Shown: one piece after another, positions 8,722 to 15,674 of the stretch
How positions within the stretch are numbered: position 1 is the stretch's first letter
Layout of the letters: every line of letters begins with the position of its first letter
NCBI GenBank assembly: GCA_030549845.1
Contig: JAUQQN010000002.1
Coordinates: 60,001 to 92,000, forward strand
Reading direction: 5' to 3'
DNA from: Patescibacteria group bacterium
Lineage (GTDB): Bacteria; Patescibacteriota; Minisyncoccia; UBA6257; HR35
Length of the DNA stretch: 32,000 nucleotides
Translations under genes and position numbers: made by a program
Notes under the pieces: generated by a model
Told to the model about the DNA's origin: nothing
What the model saw: the letters and a program-made list of their open reading frames with translations, nothing else
Database searches by the model: none

Positions 8722-9231
8722 TTATTTTCGACTTATTAATGTAAATAAAGTATTGCCTTGTTGTTTAATTTCATTTACTATTTTGAAAGGTATTTCTATA
8801 TTATCTAATATTTTTTTCATTTTTTCTTTGGCTAAATCAATATGAATTAATTGCCTGCCCTTTAATATCATTTTTATCCTCACTTGATGACCTTCGTTTA
8901 AAAATTCCTCTGCCTGCTTTGCTTTTCTCAACAAATCTGATTCAGCCTCTTGGAAACTTATTCTAATTTCCTTGACTTCTGTTTTCTTTTCTTTTTTTGC
9001 TTGTTTTTTAATCTGATAAATATATTTATAATAATCTCCTAATTTTATGACAGGCGGGTCAGCTTTTTCTGATATTAAAATCAAACCGGTATTTTTTCCT
9101 TCGGCTATTTTAAAAACTTCATCAAAATTAAAAATTCCTAAATTTTTACCCTCTTCATCAATTAATCTTACTTTTTTAAATTTTGCTTTTTGTAATCGTG
9201 GGTCAATCAGTTCTCGTAAATAATTATAAAT
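8722..9231 (-). CDS. infC: translation initiation factor IF-3, probable non-ATG (ATT) start
   Basis: The track ORF (8722..9084, TTG start) lacks the IF-3 N-domain. The same frame is open upstream to 9231 and encodes ...LRELIDPRLQKAKFKKVRLIDEEGKNLGIFNFDEVFKIAEGKNTGLILISEKADPPV. No ATG/GTG is in frame there. ATT codons lie at 9231..9229 and 9207..9205, and CTG at 9210. The exact start is uncertain. Confidence 0.85.
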   Translation of the reverse strand: MYNYLRELIDPRLQKAKFKKVRLIDEEGKNLGIFNFDEVFKIAEGKNTGLILISEKADPPVIKLGDYYKYIYQIKKQAKKEKKTEVKEIRISFQEAESDLLRKAKQAEEFLNEGHQVRIKMILKGRQLIHIDLAKEKMKKILDNIEIPFKIVNEIKQQGNTLFTLISRK

Positions 9232-9242
9232 TTAAATTAAAT

Positions 9243-9716
9243 TTATAGTAAATGATCTGCTATTTTACTAGCAGCATAAGATTCTGGCTTTACTTTTACT
9301 TCAAAACCATAACCTTTGATTAAATTAATAATTTCTTTAACAATACTATTGCTTTTGCCATTGGTTCCTAAATCTAGATGAACTTCAAAATCAAACTCCA
9401 ATTTTTCTCTTAATAAATGACTTAATAGCTCTTTGCTTATTTCTAAACTAAAAAGTGCTTCTTTCCATAATCTTGAATATAAATCTAATAAATTGGAGAA
9501 AGTTCTTCTCCAGAAAAATCTTGCTCCGTATCCAACTCTATGAACAACAATCACAGAGATGAATTCTATTCTATCCTTTTGCTTTTCGGAATCTGTTCCT
9601 ACTAATATTCTGTATTTAAAGTTCTTATTTTCTAGAATAAAATTTTTTATTTCATCAATTAACTTCTCTTTTCCTAATTTTAATCCTTTAGCTGTTTTAA
9701 ATCCCGTTAAGTACAT
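9243..9716 (-). CDS. YkuK/DUF458-like RNase H-fold protein
   Basis: 157 aa. ILVGTDSEKQ...ISVIVVHRVGYGARFFW...EVHLDLGTNGKSNSIV...KPESYAASKIADH matches my recollection of the YkuK family pattern. Confidence 0.6.
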   Translation of the reverse strand: MYLTGFKTAKGLKLGKEKLIDEIKNFILENKNFKYRILVGTDSEKQKDRIEFISVIVVHRVGYGARFFWRRTFSNLLDLYSRLWKEALFSLEISKELLSHLLREKLEFDFEVHLDLGTNGKSNSIVKEIINLIKGYGFEVKVKPESYAASKIADHLL

Positions 9717-9730
9717 TTATTGAAAAAATT

Positions 9731-10672
9731 TTAACTTAATTCTTCGTAAGCTGCAATTATCAAAGCTGTTAAAGGAACAATTGTAATTACTCCTAAAATT
9801 CCACCTAATTTACCTCCTATTAAAATAGCGCTTAATGTAAAAACTGGTGGTATATTTAAAACATATCTTGCTACTAAGGGGACTAAAAAATTATTTTCTA
9901 ATTGTTGTATTACTATAAATCCTACAATAACCCATAAAACTAAACTAGGATTATAAGAAAAAGTAATTATAATAGCAATTGATGCCGCGATAATAGGACC
10001 TATTATAGGTATAATTTCTGTAATTCCAGCTATTAAGCCAAGAAGACTTGCATAAGGAATCTTTAATATAACTAACAAAATATAGGTAGCAATTCCTATA
10101 GTAAACATCAAAAATATTTGACCAATAAGCCATAATGCAAGTTTTCTTTTAATTTTTAAATAGACATTATAATATTCTTCCTTTTGAAGTATTTTTGCAA
10201 AAAATTTATTCATAAACTTAACTTGCGTGGAAACATAAAATGAGATTACTAATATCAAAATAATGCTAAATATACCTCCAACTATATTCAAAAAATTCGA
10301 AAATGTTCTAATAAATAGGTCAGGTGTTGGCTTATTAAACAAATCTTTTAAATAATCTTCTACTCCTTTCAAGCCTAGAGATTTTAAATAATCAATTAAA
10401 TTTGGAAATAGCTCTTTTATTTCTGATAAAAGAATAGGGGTTAAAAGATAAATAGAAACCATAAATAAAAATAGTATTATTAAATAAATAAATGAAACTA
10501 TTATTGTAAAAGGAAGTTTAATTTTGTTCTTTAATCGTAAAGACCATTCTTGAATAGCTAAACCCAAAATAAAACCCGTAAGAATAATAAAAAAAATATC
10601 TTTCAAATACCATAAAAGAAATAAAACAGCAGGTATCAACCAAAAAAATAAGCTCTTTTTTAAATCTTCCAT
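9731..10672 (-). CDS. AI-2E family transporter (PerM/UPF0118)
   Basis: 313 aa, polytopic. C-terminal signature GLIAGITEIIPIIGPIIAA...QQLENNFLVPLV. Confidence 0.8.
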   Translation of the reverse strand: MEDLKKSLFFWLIPAVLFLLWYLKDIFFIILTGFILGLAIQEWSLRLKNKIKLPFTIIVSFIYLIILFLFMVSIYLLTPILLSEIKELFPNLIDYLKSLGLKGVEDYLKDLFNKPTPDLFIRTFSNFLNIVGGIFSIILILVISFYVSTQVKFMNKFFAKILQKEEYYNVYLKIKRKLALWLIGQIFLMFTIGIATYILLVILKIPYASLLGLIAGITEIIPIIGPIIAASIAIIITFSYNPSLVLWVIVGFIVIQQLENNFLVPLVARYVLNIPPVFTLSAILIGGKLGGILGVITIVPLTALIIAAYEELS

Positions 10673-10687
10673 TCAATAAATTATATA

Positions 10688-11971
10688 TTAGAAATCTATT
10701 AAATTTAAATCTTCTTTTTTGATTTTAGAATAAGAAGGTAATAAAACGCCGCTTACAAGATTCTCTTTTCTTAAATATTTTAAAGCCATTTGTAAAACTT
10801 CCTTAGTAGAAATTTTTTTAATTTCTTTTAAAATTTCATCAACATCAGCTATTTTGTTATTTAAAATATACTCTAAGCCCATAAAATAACAGATATTTAA
10901 GGATGATTCTAAAGAAGAAAGCAGACTATTTTTCAATATAGCTATGGCTTTTTCAAATTCTTCATTATTTAATTTTTCTGATTTTAATTTTTTTATTTCT
11001 TCCAAAATTTTTTGAAAAGCAATAGTGGTTTTTTCTACTTTTGAGCCAGATTGAATATACATATAACCTCTATCAGTATAAAAATCTACATTAGCCCTTA
11101 TATAATAAGTTAATCCTAGTTCTTCTCTTATTGTTTTAAAAAGCCTTGAACTCATTCCAGCGCCTAAAATTGTAACCAAAACATTTACTAAGTATCTTTT
11201 ATTTTTCAAAAAAGAAAGGCCAGGAATCCTAAAAAGCATAACTAAATGAGATTGAGTTAGATCTTTTTTATAAATAACTTTGCTTTTAAAACCAGTAGTT
11301 TTTTTAAATTTTTTCTTCTTGGGAACTTTATAATTATTGTAATTTTTAAAATATTTTTCTAAAGTTTTTAAAATTTTGTTTTTGTCAAAATTACCAGCTA
11401 TTACAATTAAAGAATTTTTTGAAGAATAATGTTTTTTAAAATAATTTTTAATTTTTTCACTATTAATTTTTTTGATAACCTCTTCTCTTCCTAATATTGA
11501 CCAACCTGCTGGTTGATCTCCGTAACATGTTTTTAATGTTTCATCAAAAATAAGAGCAATAGGATTATCCTTATGAAAGTTGATTTCTTCTAAAATTACA
11601 TTTTTTTCTTTTTCTATTTCTTCTTCATTAAATAAAGGATTTATCAACAAATCTGACATCAAATATATTCCTCTTTCAAAATATTCTGGTAGGGTTTTAA
11701 TATAATAACCAGTATACTCATAAGATGTAAAAGCATTATATTCTGCGCCAATTTTATCAAGCTCAAACCCTAAAGCTTGCGGAGAAGGAAAGTTTTTTGT
11801 TCCCTTAAAAAAAATGTGCTCTAAAAAATGAGAAATGCCATTATTTTTTTTATCTTCATAATCAGTGCCTGTCTTTACCAAAACTAAAATAGAATTAGTT
11901 GTCAAATTAAATGAATTATATAAAAGCACCTTAAGACCATTTGAAAGTTGGTGCAAGGAGGGTTTTTTCAT
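10688..11971 (-). CDS. M16 family (insulinase/pitrilysin-like) zinc peptidase
   Basis: 427 aa. Inverted zinc motif HFLEH in GISHFLEHIFFKGT, with a downstream E in the NAFTSYEYT region. Two-domain length. Confidence 0.85.
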   Translation of the reverse strand: MKKPSLHQLSNGLKVLLYNSFNLTTNSILVLVKTGTDYEDKKNNGISHFLEHIFFKGTKNFPSPQALGFELDKIGAEYNAFTSYEYTGYYIKTLPEYFERGIYLMSDLLINPLFNEEEIEKEKNVILEEINFHKDNPIALIFDETLKTCYGDQPAGWSILGREEVIKKINSEKIKNYFKKHYSSKNSLIVIAGNFDKNKILKTLEKYFKNYNNYKVPKKKKFKKTTGFKSKVIYKKDLTQSHLVMLFRIPGLSFLKNKRYLVNVLVTILGAGMSSRLFKTIREELGLTYYIRANVDFYTDRGYMYIQSGSKVEKTTIAFQKILEEIKKLKSEKLNNEEFEKAIAILKNSLLSSLESSLNICYFMGLEYILNNKIADVDEILKEIKKISTKEVLQMALKYLRKENLVSGVLLPSYSKIKKEDLNLIDF

Positions 11972-12267
11972 TTTTCAACTAAAGAAGATTCTTCTTTAGA
12001 TTTTGTTTTTACAGAAATAGGCCTTTTCTTTCCTTTGATGATTCTTTTTTTTATTAATAAATTCCAAACAGAATCACTCACATCTGCACCATTTGTAATA
12101 TAGAAATTTATTCTTTCTTTATCAAATTCACCTTCCTTTTTTCTTGGATCCCACCAGCCTAATTTCGCAATAATTTTCCCACTCAACTTGCTTCTTTTTT
12201 CTTGCAAAACTATTCTGAATATTTTTTGGTGTTTTTTGCCTACTGGCTGAAATCTTATTACAAGCAT
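11968..12267 (-). CDS. rpsP: 30S ribosomal protein S16
   Basis: 99 aa. MLVIRFQPVGKKHQKIFRIVLQEKRSKLSGKIIAKLGWWDP. Confidence 0.9.
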   Translation of the reverse strand: MLVIRFQPVGKKHQKIFRIVLQEKRSKLSGKIIAKLGWWDPRKKEGEFDKERINFYITNGADVSDSVWNLLIKKRIIKGKKRPISVKTKSKEESSLVEK

Positions 12268-12269
12268 CT

Positions 12270-12620
12270 TTAAACAAATTCTATAAGACTTAATTCGGCA
12301 TTATCGCCTTTTCTTCTTAAGGGTAATTTTATAATTCGAGTATACCCTCCATTTCTATCCATATATCTTGGAGCTATTTCATAATATAACTTATAAGCAG
12401 ATTTTTTAGGTAATCTAGCAATCAATTTCCTTAGCGCAGTTAAATTTTGCTTTTTTGCTAAAGTAATTAATTTCTCAACAATTCTTCTTAGATATTTTGC
12501 TCTTTCTGTAGTAGTCTTTATTCTTCCATTCATAATTAAATGATGTGCTAAAATTTTAAACAAAGCTTCTCTTTGATCTTTTTTTCTGTGAAATTTTTTT
12601 ACTTTACTTAAATGCCTCAT
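12270..12620 (-). CDS. rplQ: 50S ribosomal protein L17
   Basis: 116 aa. MRHLSKVKKFHRKKDQREALFKILAHHLIMNGRIKTT..AK.LR. Confidence 0.9.
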   Translation of the reverse strand: MRHLSKVKKFHRKKDQREALFKILAHHLIMNGRIKTTTERAKYLRRIVEKLITLAKKQNLTALRKLIARLPKKSAYKLYYEIAPRYMDRNGGYTRIIKLPLRRKGDNAELSLIEFV

Positions 12621-13296
12621 TGATTAAGCTGAAATGTTTAATTAAAATCTCTGATGCTTCAAGTAATGCTTCTTGAGGGCTTATTGAACCATCTGTCTCT
12701 ATTGTTAATCTCAATAAATTATAATCTGCCCTACCTTTATAAACTATATTTTCAACTTCATAGCTTACATTTACAACAGGAGAAAATATAGCATCCAAAA
12801 CAATGGTTCCCGGTTCTACTCTTTCTTTTGTCCTTTCTTCTGCAGGAGAATATCCATATCCTCTTGTAGCTATTAAAGTAGCCTTGAAAGTTGTATCTTT
12901 GTTTGTTATTGTACATATTTTTAATTCTGGATTTACAACTTCTACGCCTGCTGGAGCTTTTATATCACCTGCAAATACTTCACCTTCGCCAGCTTTTTCT
13001 ATTACCATTTCCACAGGATCTTCGCCAAAATATTTGATTCTTACTTGTTTTAAGTTCAATAATATATCAATAACATCTTCTAAAATGCCAGGAATTGTTG
13101 AAAATTCGTGCAAAACACCCTCTATGTGTACTGTTGTAATAGCTGTTCCTTTAATAGAAGACAATAAAACTCTTCTTAAAGCATTGCCAATAGTTACACC
13201 ATAACCTGGATATAAAGGTGAAATTTCAAATACAGCTTTATTTTTTTCTGATGCTACTAATTTTATTGATTCTGGAAATATTAATTCTTTTATCAT
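12604..13296 (-). CDS. rpoA: DNA-directed RNA polymerase alpha subunit, N-terminal (assembly) domain only
   Basis: 230 aa. GYGVTIGNALRRVLLSSIKGTAIT...GILEDVIDILLNLK...ATRGYGY...DAIFSPV. It stops right after the NTD and overlaps the rplQ start by 17 nt. No linker or CTD sequence follows. Confidence 0.9.
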   Translation of the reverse strand: MIKELIFPESIKLVASEKNKAVFEISPLYPGYGVTIGNALRRVLLSSIKGTAITTVHIEGVLHEFSTIPGILEDVIDILLNLKQVRIKYFGEDPVEMVIEKAGEGEVFAGDIKAPAGVEVVNPELKICTITNKDTTFKATLIATRGYGYSPAEERTKERVEPGTIVLDAIFSPVVNVSYEVENIVYKGRADYNLLRLTIETDGSISPQEALLEASEILIKHFSLINEAFK

Positions 13297-13325
13297 TAAT
13301 TTGATATATAAAATTTAATTCGACT

Positions 13326-13943
13326 TTATCTGGAATAAAATTCTAACGCCAATTGAACATCGAAAGGAAGCTGTAATTCTTCTGGTTCAGGATATCTTAA
13401 AAACTCTGCTTTTAAGTTATTTACATCCAGTTTTAACCAAGGTGGAGGAGTATATACTTTTAAAATTTTATCTAGATTTTTAAAGGGCTCAATATCTCTA
13501 CTTGCTTCTCTTATTTCAATAATATCTCCGGGTTCTAATAAATATGTAGGTGTTTTTATTCGGTTTTTATTGACCAAAAAGTGTCCATGACTAACTAATT
13601 GCCTCGCATGTAATTTAGAATGGGTAAAGCCTAGTTGCCATATAACATGATCTAGCTTGCTTTCTAAAAGCTTAACTAAGGCAACAGGAAGAGGGTCTTT
13701 CATTTTAGAAGCTTTTTCGATAAAATTCCTTAATTGTTTTTCTTTTAAAAGATAATAGTATCTTAATTTTTGTTTTTCAATCAACTTCTTAGCATAATCT
13801 GAAAGCGCTCTTGGTTTATGACCATGGACTCCTGGCCTTGTTCTTCTTCTATCTAAAGCACATTTATTAGACATACATCTTTCATTCCATAAAATTTTTT
13901 GCCCCAAGCTTCTGCAAATTTTGCACTTTTTTTCTATCTTCAT
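13326..13943 (-). CDS. rpsD: 30S ribosomal protein S4
   Basis: Start trimmed to the ATG at 13943 (MKIEKKCKICRSLGQKI...), 1 nt after the rpsK stop. Cys-rich N-terminus and an S4 RNA-binding domain (ARQLVSHGHFLVN). Confidence 0.9.
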   Translation of the reverse strand: MKIEKKCKICRSLGQKILWNERCMSNKCALDRRRTRPGVHGHKPRALSDYAKKLIEKQKLRYYYLLKEKQLRNFIEKASKMKDPLPVALVKLLESKLDHVIWQLGFTHSKLHARQLVSHGHFLVNKNRIKTPTYLLEPGDIIEIREASRDIEPFKNLDKILKVYTPPPWLKLDVNNLKAEFLRYPEPEELQLPFDVQLALEFYSR

Positions 13944-13944
13944 T

Positions 13945-14385
13945 TTATACCCTTCTTGGCTTAGGAGGAGTAGGACCACCAAATGGTATTGGGGTTCTAT
14001 CCTCTATCGCAGTTATATTAAAATCTTCATTAAATAATGCCCTTAATGCGGATTCTCTACCTGGTCCTATTCCTTTTACAATAATTTTTACTTCTCCAAT
14101 GTCAAAATTACTTTTAACTTTATTTATTAAAAGTTCGGCTGTTTTGGCTCCTGCATATGGGGTCGCTTTTTTTGTATTTTTAAAACCACAATGTCCTGCT
14201 GAAGACCAGGCTAGTACATTTCCTTTTTTATCTGTAAAGCACATCAATGTATTATTGAAAGTAGCATTTATATAAAAAATACCAAAATCAACATATTTCT
14301 TCTTTTTACTCTTTTTTGTCTTTGCAGTTTCTGATTTAATTTTTGCTTCTTCCCCTTGAACTATTTTTGTTCTTGTTCTACCCAT
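13945..14385 (-). CDS. rpsK: 30S ribosomal protein S11
   Basis: 146 aa. FYINATFNNTLMCFTDKKGNVLAWSSAG..GFK..KK.TPYA...DRTPIPFGG, with a Lys-rich N-terminal extension. Confidence 0.9.
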   Translation of the reverse strand: MGRTRTKIVQGEEAKIKSETAKTKKSKKKKYVDFGIFYINATFNNTLMCFTDKKGNVLAWSSAGHCGFKNTKKATPYAGAKTAELLINKVKSNFDIGEVKIIVKGIGPGRESALRALFNEDFNITAIEDRTPIPFGGPTPPKPRRV

Positions 14386-14768
14386 TATTTTTTAGATACC
14401 TTTCTCTTACCTGACCCGACCGTTTTTCTAGGTCCTTTTCTCGTTCTTGCATTTGTTCTTGTTCTTTGCCCCCATACTGGTAATTTTCTCAAATGCCTCA
14501 ACCCTCGATAGCATTGAATATCTATTAATCTTCGTATATTTGCTTGAATTTCTCTTCTTAATTCGCCTTCAACTTTTAAATTTTCATTTATATATTTTTC
14601 TAATTTCCCTATCTCTTCGGGAGTTAATTCTTTTGTTTTTTTCATAGGATCAATACTTAATTCTCTACAAATTTTTTCTGCCAAAGCCTTACCAATTCCA
14701 TATATTTTCGGTAAAGCAAACATTAATCTTTTTTCATCTTTTATTTCTACTCCTGCAATTCTAACCAT
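14385..14768 (-). CDS. rpsM: 30S ribosomal protein S13
   Basis: 127 aa. MVRIAGVEIKDEKRLMFALPKIYGIGKALAEKI...YRGLRHLRKLPVWGQRTRTNARTRKG. Confidence 0.92.
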   Translation of the reverse strand: MVRIAGVEIKDEKRLMFALPKIYGIGKALAEKICRELSIDPMKKTKELTPEEIGKLEKYINENLKVEGELRREIQANIRRLIDIQCYRGLRHLRKLPVWGQRTRTNARTRKGPRKTVGSGKRKVSKK

Positions 14769-14770
14769 TG

Positions 14771-14884
14771 TTATCCTTGTCTTTGTTTATGTTTGGGATT
14801 TTCACAAATAACATAAATACGACTTTTCCTTCTTACTATTTTACATTTATTACACCTTCTTTTTACCGATGCTTTTACCTTCAT
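14771..14884 (-). CDS. rpmJ: 50S ribosomal protein L36
   Basis: Below the ORF-track size cutoff. Own translation: [37 protein letters not shown] (zinc-ribbon L36). Confidence 0.9.
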   Translation of the reverse strand: MKVKASVKRRCNKCKIVRRKSRIYVICENPKHKQRQG

Positions 14885-14899
14885 TTTTATATTTTGTTT

Positions 14900-15106
14900 T
14901 TATTTTCTTCTAATAATTCTACCTCTATTTTTATCATATGGCGAAAGTTCAACAACAACTTCATCTCCTGGAACTACTTTTATAAAGTTGATTCTCATTT
15001 TGCCAGATAAATAACATAAAACCTCTCTACCTGACTTTAATTTTACTTTAAATGTTGTATCTGGCAATGCTTCAATTACAATTCCTTCTTCAATTTCTTT
15101 TTTCAT
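14900..15106 (-). CDS. infA: translation initiation factor IF-1
   Basis: 68 aa. [57 protein letters not shown]. Confidence 0.95.
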   Translation of the reverse strand: MKKEIEEGIVIEALPDTTFKVKLKSGREVLCYLSGKMRINFIKVVPGDEVVVELSPYDKNRGRIIRRK

Positions 15107-15120
15107 TTTTAAAAATTAAA

Positions 15121-15193
15121 TCGGGGTGGCCGGATTCGAACCGGCAATCTCGTGGTCCCAAACCACGCGCCTTAACCATTAGGCCACACCCCG
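15121..15193 (-). tRNA. tRNA-Pro (anticodon TGG)
   Basis: Hand-folded 73 nt: CGGGGTG-TG-GCCT-AATGGTTA-AGGC-G-CGTGG-TTTGGGA-CCACG-AGATT-GCCGG-TTCGAAT-CCGGC-CACCCCG-A. G37 present. No encoded CCA. The 3' end lies 14 nt from the infA ATG. Confidence 0.9.
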
Positions 15194-15198
15194 CTAAA

Positions 15199-15271
15199 TG
15201 GACCCAGAGGGACTCGAACCCTCGGCCTCCGCCATGCCATAGCGGCGCTCTACCAACTGAGCTATGGGCCC
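15199..15271 (-). tRNA. tRNA-Ala (anticodon GGC)
   Basis: Hand-folded 73 nt: GGGCCCA-TA-GCTC-AGTTGGTA-GAGC-G-CCGCT-ATGGCAT-GGCGG-AGGCC-GAGGG-TTCGAGT-CCCTC-TGGGTCC-A. Has the G3:U70 Ala identity pair. Confidence 0.85.
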
Positions 15272-15304
15272 TTAATAAAAATAATTATAACAAAAAATAA
15301 AAAA

Positions 15305-15379
15305 TGGTGGGCGGGCCGGGCCTTGAACCCGGATCTCTCTCACTTTTAGAGAGCGCCTTCCCCTTTAAGCCACCCGCCC
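15305..15379 (-). tRNA. tRNA-like gene with non-canonical anticodon loop (identity undetermined; nominal AAA; possibly a pseudogene or tRNA mimic)
   Basis: Hand fold: GGGCGGG-TG-GCTT-AAAGGGGA-AGGC-G-CTCTC-TAAAAGT-GAGAG-AGAT-CCGGG-TTCAAGG-CCCGG-CCCGCCC-A-CCA. All stems pair, and U8, G18G19 and the T-loop are present. The anticodon loop, however, has A at position 33. It is the only tRNA here with an encoded CCA. Confidence 0.5.
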
Positions 15380-15383
15380 ACCA

Positions 15384-15479
15384 TAAAATAAAAAATGGCC
15401 GGAGCGTGCCGGCCAGAGTATTTTTTAAAGGATTAATTTTTATGGTCAATCAAATACCCTGGCCGGCACCTTTCCGACC
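15384..15479 (-). terminator. extended imperfect GC-rich hairpin followed by a U-tract (terminator-like or structured RNA), minus-strand specific
   Basis: Plus-strand coordinates: 15397-15403 pairs with 15473-15479, and 15406-15423 pairs with 15452-15469. The only two non-Watson-Crick positions (15399/15477 and 15417/15458) are C-A on the plus strand but G-U on the minus strand. On the minus strand the stem is followed by ATTTTTTATTTTAT (15396-15383). A nested short hairpin GGCCGG-N6-CCGGCC (15397-15414) is also possible. Confidence 0.45.
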
Positions 15480-15674
15480 AAAACAACCAAAACGAGATTT
15501 AATAATAGATCTTTCTTTAAAAACTCAAACATTTTATACTTTTTCATTAACATTATATAAAAATTATTATAACATTTACATTTATAAACTTATATAAACT
15601 TATTATACAAAAATTTATAAAACTTAAAGTTCGTGAGTAATAAATTTATGCTATTGATATATAATAATTAACTT

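Noticed and set aside
15397-15479. The idea that the long hairpin is the SRP (4.5S) RNA, or a Y-RNA-like module paired with the tRNA-like gene.
   Set aside because: The apical region is AT-rich and lacks the conserved domain IV features (GNAR tetraloop, AGCA-type symmetric loop). No rsr/Ro gene is nearby. An Rfam scan is still worthwhile.
15052-15597. Two plus-strand ORFs (82 and 97 aa) rich in P/R/G residues.
   Set aside because: They are read-throughs of the GC-rich tRNA cluster and hairpin on the opposite strand. Their unusual composition simply mirrors tRNA sequence.
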